Positions 18,272 through 27,457 of a DNA stretch of 64,000 nucleotides are shown here, one piece after another. Source of the DNA: Chlamydiia bacterium (GTDB lineage Bacteria > Chlamydiota > Chlamydiia > Chlamydiales > 2-12-FULL-49-11). The stretch's first letter is position 1. The number at the start of each line of letters is the position of its first letter. A program made the translations under genes and the position numbers. The notes beneath the pieces were generated by a model. The model was not told the origin of the DNA and made no database searches. It was given only the letters and a program-made list of their open reading frames with translations. The stretch is taken from NCBI GenBank assembly GCA_044359535.1, contig JBIKLZ010000002.1, positions 1 through 64,000 on the forward strand, written 5' to 3'.

Positions 18272-21160
18272 TTATAGATCGATCTTATCCATTATTTCAG
18301 CAAATTCCTTTCCCTGTCCTAACAGCTCGAATTGGGACAATCGTAATTTTACCTGCTCTTCATCGGGCACCCTGATTGAAAATCCAAAAAGTTTATGAGT
18401 GATGTCTTTTTTCACATCGACTGCAAAGTCATGAAATAAATGGAACGCTTCGTGCTTAAACTCTTGAAGGGGATCTTTTTGAGCGATCGATTGCATAGAG
18501 ACTTCTGTCCTTAAATGATCAATAGCAAGAAGATGTCTTTGCCATTTTGAATCAATAGATCGAAGTAAAATAGATCTTATAATATCTGTTAGGACCGAAA
18601 GGGGATCAAGGGGTTTGTTCCCTAGGCGTTGTAAGACAGCAATAGGTCCAGCTTCAAAACGCAACTTTGCCTTAAAGGCGGAAAGGACTTTGCTATTGAT
18701 GAGGTTAAACCCTTCTGTGGTCAGCGGAAGGGAAATCTCATTATCCAGTGAAATAGGGACATCGCGAAGTAAAAGCTCGTTTAAATGTTCTTCTTTAAGG
18801 GTTTTGTTTGCAAGGTACTCTTCATGAAATTTTCTACACACAGTTTCGGTATACTCTGTTAAAACTCTTGCAGCAATGGGGAGGATATTTTCTTCCATAA
18901 GGATAGAGTCTCTATAGGAGTAGACCTCTGATCGATGCTTATTCATCACATCATCATATTCAAGAGTATGCTTTCTTATCTGAAAGTTCTTTATTTCAAC
19001 CCGCTTTTGAGCCGTTTCAATAGATTTATTTAAGATCGGAGCAGAGATCGCTTCTCCTTCTGGGGGTCTAAATTTTAAAAGCATTGTGGCCACTCTTGGA
19101 GAGGAAAACATACGCATCAAAGGATCTTCAAAAGAAACATAAAACTTTGAAACCCCCCTATCCCCTTGACGGGCGCAACGACCGCGCAGCTGTCTATCAA
19201 TTCTTCGTGAATTATGGCGTGTTGTCCCAATGACGTATAACCCGCCAAGATCATTGACCCCTTCTTCAAGTTTAATATCTGTCCCACGACCTGCCATATT
19301 TGTGGCTACAGTTATAGCCCATTTTTTACCGGCATTTGCAATGATCTCAGCCTCTTTTGCATGGTTTTTAGCATTTAAAACAGTGTGAGGGAGACTTTCA
19401 TTGCGAAGGATGCGAGAAAGCTTTTCAGAAATTTCTACCGATTCTGTACCAATAAGGATGGGCTGACCTTTAGAATGGATCAAGTGAACTTCTTTAATAA
19501 TTGCCGCATATTTTTCCCTCTCGGTCATAAAGACTTCATCGTGGATGTCTTTGCGGATACACTTTTTGTGTGTAGGGATGGCAAGAACTAAAAGTCCATA
19601 AATATCTTTAAACTCTTTTGATTCAGTGATGGCAGTCCCTGACATCCCTGCAATTTTTTTATATTGACGGAAGTAATTTTGCAGGGTAATGGTTGCAAAG
19701 GTTTGAGTCTCTTTTTGTACAGAAAGGTGTTCTTTAGCTTCAATAGCTTGATGCAATCCATCAGAAAAGCGGCGCCCAGGTTGAGGACGCCCTGTATTTT
19801 CATCGATGATCACGATCTTTCTATCTGCTACAATGTAATCCACATCTTTTTCCATGAGCAAATGGGCTCTAAAAAGTTGTCGGATATTATGGGACATCTC
19901 TTTTCTTCGACTATCTTCCTCTCGTAGGGCAATTTTCTTTGCAAGGGCCTGTTTTTCTGAAAGATCCTCTTTATCAATTAAAGAGTGTTCAAAACCAAGA
20001 TCAAGCATCATAAAGGCAGAAGGGTCCCCCTTCCAATGTTTTATCCCACGATCGGTAAGTTCATAATCTTGATTTTTTTCATCTATAATCATGTATAGAT
20101 CAATAAGTTTTTCGTTTCGAAGATCTTTATTAAGATCTGAAAAGTAAAAGGTGTCAATTTCTTCAAGTTCTTTGCGAATATCGGGATTTTCATTAAATCT
20201 TTTTAAGATCTTATTTGTTGGGGTCCCTTTAGAGACAAGCCATAAGGTTTCTAAAGCCTTTTTTTTCTTTTCCTTTTCTTCTTTAGAAAGCTTTAATTGT
20301 TGAAGATCCCTTGATTGGGTGATATTAAGGGATTCAAGATCCCTTCGAGCCTCTGCAGCAAGGCTATTGCAATAGTCTCTTTGTAGCCTAACCATCTCAG
20401 CAACAGTTTCTTTCAAATCATCATACATTTGAATCGATATTTCTGAGGGGCCTGAAATAATTAATGGGGTCCTTGCCTCATCAATTAAAATAGAATCAAT
20501 CTCATCGACAATAGTAAAATAGTGGCCCCGTTGGACCTTCTGCTCTTTGCTTACAATCATTGAATTATCACGAAGGTAATCAAAACCAAATTCTGAAGCG
20601 GTACTATAGACAATATCGGCCTCATACACCTTTTTTCTCTCTTCAGATGGGGTTTTGTTTAAAAGGGGTTTAGCGACAATTCCTAAAAAAGAAAACAACA
20701 CTCCCATCCACAAACAGTCTCTTTCCACAAGGTAGTCATTTACAGTGACAAGGTGAACCGGTTTTTTTGTCAGTGCATGAAGGTATAAAGGCATGGAACA
20801 AGTGAGAGTTTTTCCTTCCCCTGTCTGCATCTCTGCAATGGTTCCCTTATGCATTGCGATGGCGCCGATGATTTGGACATCATAGGGGACCATGTTCCAC
20901 ACTTGACTGTGGCCTAATAGATCAAAAGGTTTACCCAAAAGTCTTCTACACCCATTTTTAACAACGGCATAGGCATCGACTAAAAGATCATCCACAGTTT
21001 CCCCTTTTTCAAGGCGCTTTCTTAAAAGGGCTGTTTGCTCTTGGATTTGTCTATCAGAGAGTTTTTGTAACTCAAGCTCTTTTTTATTGATCTCTTTAAC
21101 AATTTTTTTATATCGGGAAATGGTCCGGTCACCAGAGGTTCCAAAAATTTTTTTGAGCAT
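18272..21160 (-). CDS. secA: Preprotein translocase ATPase SecA
   Basis: EMQTGEGKT, VDEIDSILIDEARTPLIISG, ATNMAGRGTDIKL, QLRGRCARQGD; internal insertion; no C-terminal Cys zinc motif. Confidence 0.98.
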   Translation of the reverse strand: MLKKIFGTSGDRTISRYKKIVKEINKKELELQKLSDRQIQEQTALLRKRLEKGETVDDLLVDAYAVVKNGCRRLLGKPFDLLGHSQVWNMVPYDVQIIGAIAMHKGTIAEMQTGEGKTLTCSMPLYLHALTKKPVHLVTVNDYLVERDCLWMGVLFSFLGIVAKPLLNKTPSEERKKVYEADIVYSTASEFGFDYLRDNSMIVSKEQKVQRGHYFTIVDEIDSILIDEARTPLIISGPSEISIQMYDDLKETVAEMVRLQRDYCNSLAAEARRDLESLNITQSRDLQQLKLSKEEKEKKKKALETLWLVSKGTPTNKILKRFNENPDIRKELEEIDTFYFSDLNKDLRNEKLIDLYMIIDEKNQDYELTDRGIKHWKGDPSAFMMLDLGFEHSLIDKEDLSEKQALAKKIALREEDSRRKEMSHNIRQLFRAHLLMEKDVDYIVADRKIVIIDENTGRPQPGRRFSDGLHQAIEAKEHLSVQKETQTFATITLQNYFRQYKKIAGMSGTAITESKEFKDIYGLLVLAIPTHKKCIRKDIHDEVFMTEREKYAAIIKEVHLIHSKGQPILIGTESVEISEKLSRILRNESLPHTVLNAKNHAKEAEIIANAGKKWAITVATNMAGRGTDIKLEEGVNDLGGLYVIGTTRHNSRRIDRQLRGRCARQGDRGVSKFYVSFEDPLMRMFSSPRVATMLLKFRPPEGEAISAPILNKSIETAQKRVEIKNFQIRKHTLEYDDVMNKHRSEVYSYRDSILMEENILPIAARVLTEYTETVCRKFHEEYLANKTLKEEHLNELLLRDVPISLDNEISLPLTTEGFNLINSKVLSAFKAKLRFEAGPIAVLQRLGNKPLDPLSVLTDIIRSILLRSIDSKWQRHLLAIDHLRTEVSMQSIAQKDPLQEFKHEAFHLFHDFAVDVKKDITHKLFGFSIRVPDEEQVKLRLSQFELLGQGKEFAEIMDKIDL

Positions 21161-21213
21161 GTCATCGACCTATACAGTATTTTTTTTCAAAGGTTATTTT
21201 AGTGAACCACTTA

Positions 21214-21942
21214 TTAAAAATCCATAGATAAAGAAAGGGTATTAGAACCAAGATCGACTGTAAAATGGGGGTAGCCTTTTGAAACAGCGTTGCAAGCAAC
21301 AAAAGCCATGACCCACCCTAAGGCTACTTGGGAGGGGTAGTGATCTTTATCATGGATTCTAGAAAGGCCGGTGAGGGTGGAGGTGAGGTAACAAAGCCCT
21401 TTTATAAAAGAATTTTCTGACATCTGAGCCAAAGTGATCCATAAAACGGCCCCAGTGAATGTGTGACCTGAAACCCCGTGTCTTCTAAAAAAAGGGCTCC
21501 ATTTTGATCCATTAAGGGTATTAGAGGGTCTTGACCCCCCTATACAAGCACGAGCGATATGAAGGGGGATTGTCCCAATGATAAAGGCCTTTGCAGAGCG
21601 AGAAAGGAGCTCTTTGGAAAAATTTCCATAAGGGGTTTGTCCCATCAATCCAGCATATAGACCTATAAAAGAGTAAGGGACGATCGCTTGATGTTGACCC
21701 ATGAGTTTCCAAATGGAGAAAAAGGGATCTAAAGTTGGGCTTTTTATTTTTGTTTGATAGAACTGAAAAAGGTCTTCGTCGATAAAGCTATGTGCAAGGG
21801 TATAAGCTACAGAAAAGCTAGGAAGAAGAATTTTAAGGGTTTCAAAACTGTAATACTCTTTCTGCTCTTTAGGAAGGATCATCGAGGGGAGTTCTCCGTA
21901 AAGGGAGACAAAAAAGAGGGCTAAAAAGAAAAACTGTTTCAT
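21214..21942 (-). CDS. PAP2-family phosphatase (paralog 2)
   Basis: GGSRP, SGH, SRIHDKDHYPSQV; N-terminal signal-like peptide. Confidence 0.85.
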   Translation of the reverse strand: MKQFFFLALFFVSLYGELPSMILPKEQKEYYSFETLKILLPSFSVAYTLAHSFIDEDLFQFYQTKIKSPTLDPFFSIWKLMGQHQAIVPYSFIGLYAGLMGQTPYGNFSKELLSRSAKAFIIGTIPLHIARACIGGSRPSNTLNGSKWSPFFRRHGVSGHTFTGAVLWITLAQMSENSFIKGLCYLTSTLTGLSRIHDKDHYPSQVALGWVMAFVACNAVSKGYPHFTVDLGSNTLSLSMDF

Positions 21943-22652
21943 AATCTATGACTAAGGGTTAAAGAATAGGGGGAAATATAAAGATGAACATGGGTTTTTT
22001 CTACAGCTTTACAAGAGGCGTATGCTAACATCCAACCTAAAAAAACCTGGGAGGGGTAGTGCATAGAGTCATTGATCCTTGAAATGCCTGTAAAGGTGGA
22101 GGCTAAAAAAAAGGCAATTTTTAAAGGGAGGTTAGAGGTTAAGTGTGCGGCTGTAATAAAGGGGATTGCCCCCATAAAGGCGTGGCCACTGATGGCTCGA
22201 TCATTTTCAAAAGGTCTCCAATGTGACCCCTTGTGATCCTTGGGTCTATGAGCCCCTAAAAGATTTTGTCCAATAATAAGGGGAGAAACGCCGACTAAGA
22301 TGGAGCAAAGGGCCTTATTTCCAAAATCAAAAAAAGGGGTCTTTACCTCTAATTGATCAAGAACAAAACCGGTAAGGGAGATGATTGCTAAAGAAGAAAG
22401 TAAAGGTCTTTTATTTCCAAAAGATTTTGCAAGGGCTGAAAACTTATCGGTATCTAAGGAACGGATCTTTTCTTGATAAAAATCAAAGATCTGTTGATCA
22501 AGGGGTAAGTGAGCTAAAATGCCCCCAGAAATGAGGGAAACAGATAAAAGGGTTAATGACTCTTTGGAATAAAACTGTTTTTGATCTTCAAAAAGGGGAG
22601 GGTAAGCTCTAAGCTGGAGAGTTAAAAAAAAGAAAAATAAAAGTCTAATCAT
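21939..22652 (-). CDS. PAP2-family phosphatase (paralog 1)
   Basis: GAHRP, SGH, SRINDSMHYPSQV; N-terminal signal-like peptide. Confidence 0.85.
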   Translation of the reverse strand: MIRLLFFFFLTLQLRAYPPLFEDQKQFYSKESLTLLSVSLISGGILAHLPLDQQIFDFYQEKIRSLDTDKFSALAKSFGNKRPLLSSLAIISLTGFVLDQLEVKTPFFDFGNKALCSILVGVSPLIIGQNLLGAHRPKDHKGSHWRPFENDRAISGHAFMGAIPFITAAHLTSNLPLKIAFFLASTFTGISRINDSMHYPSQVFLGWMLAYASCKAVEKTHVHLYISPYSLTLSHRL

Positions 22653-23541
22653 GGTGAAGAATGGATGAGCCCATTTTTATCAGGACTTCTTTATTGTCAT
22701 TGGTGAGTTCTACCCATCGCTTATTAAAAGTGACTCTGTTTTTTTCAAATAGAGTAATCACCATTGAGCCTCCAAAGGAGAAAAATCCAAGGACCTCTCC
22801 TTTCTTGTAGAATTTGCCCACCTCTTTTTCAATATGGATGGTTCCAACAGTTGTTGCTCCAATCACAACTTGAACAATATTGCCAAGGACTTTTGATTTC
22901 AAAGAAATAAGAAGGCGTTTATTCTCAGTAAGAAGATCCACATTGTGTCTTAAAGCAATTGGGTTGACAGAAAAAAGGGGGCCATTGATTAAGGTGGAAC
23001 TGATAAATTCGACATCTGTCGGAAAATGAAATCCATGATAATCGACAGGAGCAAGTCTAGAAATCATCATAGAGCCATCGGCAAAAAGGTCAGAAAGAAC
23101 GGGATTTTTCAAAAGAGCGGTAAGAGATAGGGTCTGTCCTTTAACATAAAAGGAGGGGATTAAAGAAAGATCCTGATAAAAAAGGGTCCTTGCATCACAA
23201 GGGGAAATGACTCCATCCTCTGAAAGGGCTCTTTTTAAGGGATCAATTCTCCGCATAAAAAAATCATTAAAACTTAGATAGCTCTTATTTTCAAAATCAT
23301 CCATTTTAATGTTGTGATCTTTAATAAAGGGGTCGATATATTTTTTTGTCCAACCCATTTTTGCAATTTTTCCAAATAGGATTGAAGCTATTTTTATTCT
23401 AGATAATCCATTTTTAAGAAATTTAGAAGAATAAGAAGAATCGCTGTAAAGAAATCTAAGGATTTCCTCAGAAGGGATCTTTTCTTCAAAAAAGGTGCTT
23501 TTTTCTACGTCGAACACCTCAACGCTCATTGGATTTTTCAC
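22645..23541 (-). CDS. psd: Phosphatidylserine decarboxylase proenzyme
   Basis: SFNDFFMR, SPCDAR, RLAPVDYHGFHFP, SVNP, FSFGGS (GGS autocleavage site). Confidence 0.93.
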   Translation of the reverse strand: MKNPMSVEVFDVEKSTFFEEKIPSEEILRFLYSDSSYSSKFLKNGLSRIKIASILFGKIAKMGWTKKYIDPFIKDHNIKMDDFENKSYLSFNDFFMRRIDPLKRALSEDGVISPCDARTLFYQDLSLIPSFYVKGQTLSLTALLKNPVLSDLFADGSMMISRLAPVDYHGFHFPTDVEFISSTLINGPLFSVNPIALRHNVDLLTENKRLLISLKSKVLGNIVQVVIGATTVGTIHIEKEVGKFYKKGEVLGFFSFGGSMVITLFEKNRVTFNKRWVELTNDNKEVLIKMGSSILHHD

Positions 23542-23710
23542 GATGAAGAAAATACACCAAAGTTCTAATAATACACAAGGGTTTGTACCATTACACTGTA
23601 GAATTTTTAAAAGTGAAAGGGAAAATAGACTGTTAAGAAATAAAACGACCAGTTAAACTATAAACCGTCTATTAAGATAAACAATAAAATTCACAATAAG
23701 GAGTGTTTTT

Positions 23711-24352
23711 ATGACAATTGCTTCAATAAATTCAAACTGTAGAGATCTAGCTCCAATAGAAACTCAAGGAGGGGGAGGGGGAAAAAAAAGTGATAATGAT
23801 CAAAGTAAAACTGAGAAACTATCTATGTTTTATGAAAAGCTTATCAAAGCTATTGGATCTTGGGGAAAAGTTCTAGCTATTTTAATGGCTGATTATGGAT
23901 TCAACCATACGGTGATTGTTCAATTTAACCAGCCTATTACATTTTCTAAAAAAAGTAAACTGATGCTAATGACAAACGGTGGTTCTGGCATCCTTGGCAC
24001 CCCATTTTTCGTAAGAGGAATGCATTCTAAGGACGGCTCTGATAGACTGATTTTGTCAGAAAATATGATGGCATTTGATATCCAAGGCTACTTAAAAGGA
24101 TTTTTAGAACCACCGGGATCTATCAGATTTCATGGATTAGTGGATAATCAAAGGATAAAATTGATTGAATTTGACGAAAAAAGTTTCTTTGATTGGATAA
24201 GAGAGTCGGGTGATGCAATTCTTTCTCAAGGTATACAAAAATCAGGGGAGGATAATGGAGAATATTCTGTGCAAGAAATTATTGATTGCTATAAACAACC
24301 TGCAGGGGGTTCATGGCAAGTAATGAGAAGATATGACGAAACAAATTCTTAA
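23711..24352 (+). CDS. Orphan hypothetical protein
   Basis: 213-aa ORF with SD AAGGAG; low-complexity N-terminus; no recognisable family. Confidence 0.7.
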   Translation: MTIASINSNCRDLAPIETQGGGGGKKSDNDQSKTEKLSMFYEKLIKAIGSWGKVLAILMADYGFNHTVIVQFNQPITFSKKSKLMLMTNGGSGILGTPFFVRGMHSKDGSDRLILSENMMAFDIQGYLKGFLEPPGSIRFHGLVDNQRIKLIEFDEKSFFDWIRESGDAILSQGIQKSGEDNGEYSVQEIIDCYKQPAGGSWQVMRRYDETNS

Positions 24353-24969
24353 GTAAGGAGAGAACAGACTTTGCAAATGGGGCATTTTTCAACAATGTGT
24401 CCCTTTGCAGGGCAAAAAGAGCGGGCATAATAAATGATTTGTAGATGAAGTTTTGCCCAAAGGTTTTTATGAAAATGTCGTTTTAAATCCCTTTCTGTCT
24501 GTTCAACATTTTTTCCGTTGGATAAACCCCATCGCTTTGCAAGTCTATGAATGTGCGTGTCTACAGGAAATGCTGGGGTATTAAAGGCTTGAATTAATAC
24601 AACTGAAGCGGTCTTATGACCTACTCCTGGAAGCTGTTTTAACTCCTCTAATGAAGAGGGGACCTCTCCATTGTATTTTTCTATCAAAAGCGATGAAAGT
24701 TCAAAGATAGCCTTTGCTTTAGTTCTAAAAAGACCGCACGATTGAATAGACTTTTCGATCTCTTGAAGAGAAAGTTGTCTCATTTCATAAGGAGTTGTTG
24801 CCTTTTTAAAAAGCATTTCTGTGACTGTATTTACTCTAGCATCGGTACACTGAGCAGAGAGAAGGACCGCAATAAGGAGGGTATAAGGATCGCTATGATT
24901 AAGTGGGATCGAAGGGTTTGGGAAAAGCTCGTTAAGAGTTTTTACGATATAATCTATTTTCCTACGCAA
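24349..24969 (-). CDS. nth: Endonuclease III
   Basis: LLSAQCTD, HhH LPGVGHKTA, PVDTH, C-terminal Cys cluster. Confidence 0.95.
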   Translation of the reverse strand: MRRKIDYIVKTLNELFPNPSIPLNHSDPYTLLIAVLLSAQCTDARVNTVTEMLFKKATTPYEMRQLSLQEIEKSIQSCGLFRTKAKAIFELSSLLIEKYNGEVPSSLEELKQLPGVGHKTASVVLIQAFNTPAFPVDTHIHRLAKRWGLSNGKNVEQTERDLKRHFHKNLWAKLHLQIIYYARSFCPAKGHIVEKCPICKVCSLLT

Positions 24970-26288
24970 AATTTAGAGAAGATCCCCCCTAAAATTTCTT
25001 CGGTGATATTTATCCCAATAATTTCAGAAAGGGAAAAAAGTCCCATTCTAAGTTCAAAGGAGATTAAGTCTATCGAAACATGGGAGAATAGCCCTGATAA
25101 AGCCTTTTCTAAAGAGGTTAAAGCCTCATTAAGCTTTATGAAGTGACGCTCTTTTGTAAGGATAGGGACATCTTGATTTGATTCTAAAGAAAGTGTCCCT
25201 ATAAGAGCCTGTTTTAAGATCTTTAAACCTGTTTTATGTTTTGCAGAAATATAAATTGGATTGTTTACATTCAAAGGGTTAATCTTTTCTGAAAGATCCT
25301 CTTTGTTGTATACAACAAGGGGATTTTTAAGGGTTAAATAAAGGGTATGAATGTCCTCACTTATTGGGGCAGAAAGATCAATTAAAAGGATGGGAATATC
25401 ACAATGTTCTACTGCTTTTAAACTCCTTGAAATCCCCATTTTTTCAAGGGGGTCAAAGGCTTCATGAATTCCAGCTGTATCAATAAATTTAAAAATGTAT
25501 CCATCAATAGTAAGCTCTTCTTCAATGGTGTCTCGTGTTGTTCCGGCAATGGTTGAAACAATTGACCGATCCTCATCTAAAAGAGCATTGAGAAGGGAAG
25601 ATTTTCCTGCATTTGGAGCTCCGATAATTGCTACTGTTTGTCCCGAAAAGAGCTTTTTTCCATCATGGAAAGTGCTTGTTACTGATCTAATTTTTTCTTG
25701 AGCTTCTTGAATCAAAGAAATAAGCTCTTTTTGAGCCGTCGGTTCAATCCCCTCCTCGGGGTAGTCAATATGGACTTCCACAATAGCTAAAAGATCAATA
25801 AACCGAGTTTGTAGATCCTTAACATAAAGAGATAAAGACCCTCCAAGTTGCAAAGACGCCTCTTTTAAAGATCTTTCACTTTTTGCATGGATCATCTCTT
25901 TAATAGCTTCTGCCTGCAATAGATCTAATTTTCCATTTGAAAAGGCCCTTTGTGAAAACTCCCCCCCCATTGCAACCCTTGCTCCACAAGAAAGGGCCCT
26001 GCGTACGATCTTTTGGGCAATTAAAGGGTTGCCATGACAGATAATTTCGACACTATTTTCCCCTGTAAAAGATGTTTTGCCTTTCATAATTAAAAGAACC
26101 ACTTCATCAATAGTGCTTTTATCCTCATCTAAAATTTTTCCAAAATGGGCTGTATGGCTCTCTACCTGTAGAATATTTTTTGAAAAAAAAGAGTTTACTA
26201 TGTCGATCGATTCTTTTCCAGAGAGACGAATAATCGATAAGGCGCCAATCCCAGGAGGGGTGGCTATTGCAACAATTGTATCAAACAT
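24954..26288 (-). CDS. mnmE: tRNA modification GTPase MnmE
   Basis: DTIVAIATPPG, GAPNAGKSS, GTTRD, DTAG, NKED, C-terminal FCVGK. Confidence 0.97.
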   Translation of the reverse strand: MFDTIVAIATPPGIGALSIIRLSGKESIDIVNSFFSKNILQVESHTAHFGKILDEDKSTIDEVVLLIMKGKTSFTGENSVEIICHGNPLIAQKIVRRALSCGARVAMGGEFSQRAFSNGKLDLLQAEAIKEMIHAKSERSLKEASLQLGGSLSLYVKDLQTRFIDLLAIVEVHIDYPEEGIEPTAQKELISLIQEAQEKIRSVTSTFHDGKKLFSGQTVAIIGAPNAGKSSLLNALLDEDRSIVSTIAGTTRDTIEEELTIDGYIFKFIDTAGIHEAFDPLEKMGISRSLKAVEHCDIPILLIDLSAPISEDIHTLYLTLKNPLVVYNKEDLSEKINPLNVNNPIYISAKHKTGLKILKQALIGTLSLESNQDVPILTKERHFIKLNEALTSLEKALSGLFSHVSIDLISFELRMGLFSLSEIIGINITEEILGGIFSKFCVGK

Positions 26289-26312
26289 ACTGAAAGTATA
26301 AGGGAAAAAGGG

Positions 26313-26879
26313 TTATTTTACTAGTGCTAGAGATATAAGCTCTGCAAGGGTAGGGGGGGATGTAACCCCTTTTAAAGCTTCTTGTACACTTTTTGTAGCT
26401 TGTTTTTCTTTATATCCAAGGGAGATGAGGGCAGAAATGGCATCAAGGGCGATAGGCTCATTTTTTGTGTTTGGTAAAGTGTCTAGTTTGTCACAAAGGT
26501 CGATAAGGATCCTTTGAGCGGTTTTTTTCCCAATGCCGGGAATTTTTATCAAAGTATCGATATCCTTTTCAGCAATAATTTTTACAAAATCGAGGCTATG
26601 GCTGTGGGAAATAATAGAGAGGGCAAGTTTTGGTCCAAGGCCAGAAATAGTAAGACATTTTTCAAAAAGGGTCTTTTCTCCTTTTTTTAAAAAACCAAAT
26701 AAGCGCATGCTATCTTGAGAAACAATAAAACTTGTGTGGATGAGGAGCTCTTTTCCCCTAGAAGGGGCCTCACTGTAAAAGTGAAGCGGGGTATGAATAA
26801 AAAAACCTTGTCCTTGGACATCAAGAACCACGTGGTCTTTTTCCATCTCAACTAAAATGCCTTTTAAGTATGCATACAT
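26313..26879 (-). CDS. ruvA: Holliday junction branch migration protein RuvA
   Basis: MYAYLKG, LFGF, ISGLGPKLAL, IPGIGKKTAQRI, ALISLGY. Confidence 0.95.
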   Translation of the reverse strand: MYAYLKGILVEMEKDHVVLDVQGQGFFIHTPLHFYSEAPSRGKELLIHTSFIVSQDSMRLFGFLKKGEKTLFEKCLTISGLGPKLALSIISHSHSLDFVKIIAEKDIDTLIKIPGIGKKTAQRILIDLCDKLDTLPNTKNEPIALDAISALISLGYKEKQATKSVQEALKGVTSPPTLAELISLALVK

Positions 26880-26903
26880 ATGCACAGTGTACGGTGTAAA
26901 GAA

Positions 26904-27389
26904 TTAAAATGGAAGAGGAGCTTTTGATCTTGCACAATGGGCGTGAGTGATAGCAAGAGCAAGTGCATCGGATGCATCAAAAGGGATATTTTGATCTGTA
27001 TTTAGCAACACAGCGATCATTTTTTGCACTTGTTCCTTAGAAGCTTTGCTAGAACCTGTAACCGCTTGCTTTGCTTTTAAAGGGGCATATTCAAAAATCG
27101 GAAGGTTTCTTTTTGCCCCCGGTAAAACTGCTACAATTCTTGCCATTGAAAGGGTAAGGGTGCTTTTTGGGTTCTTATCTACAAATTGAGTTTCTACAGC
27201 AATACAATCGGGTTGATACTTTTCAATAACACCCTCCACCTCATCAAAAATGGTTACATATTTTTGCGACAACAACCCATTTTTAGGGGAAATTGTTCCA
27301 AAGGAAAGGAGGGTATAACTATGTTTGACATAATCAATTACACCCCAACCTGTACACACACTTCCTGGGTCTATACCTAAAATTTTCAT
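26904..27389 (-). CDS. ruvC: Crossover junction endodeoxyribonuclease RuvC
   Basis: ILGIDPG, AVETQF, KASKEQVQ, DASDALALA. Confidence 0.96.
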   Translation of the reverse strand: MKILGIDPGSVCTGWGVIDYVKHSYTLLSFGTISPKNGLLSQKYVTIFDEVEGVIEKYQPDCIAVETQFVDKNPKSTLTLSMARIVAVLPGAKRNLPIFEYAPLKAKQAVTGSSKASKEQVQKMIAVLLNTDQNIPFDASDALALAITHAHCARSKAPLPF

Positions 27390-27457
27390 TGATTAAAATT
27401 ATATGTAAAAACCAATTTTTTATGTAATAAAAATCTCTTCTGTTCCATACTACCCCT

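Noticed and set aside
23624-23673. Imperfect inverted repeat AATAGACTGTT / AACCGTCTATT upstream of the orphan gene
   Set aside because: Only 10 of 11 bases match, with a 28-nt spacer in AT-rich DNA, and no second copy was seen.
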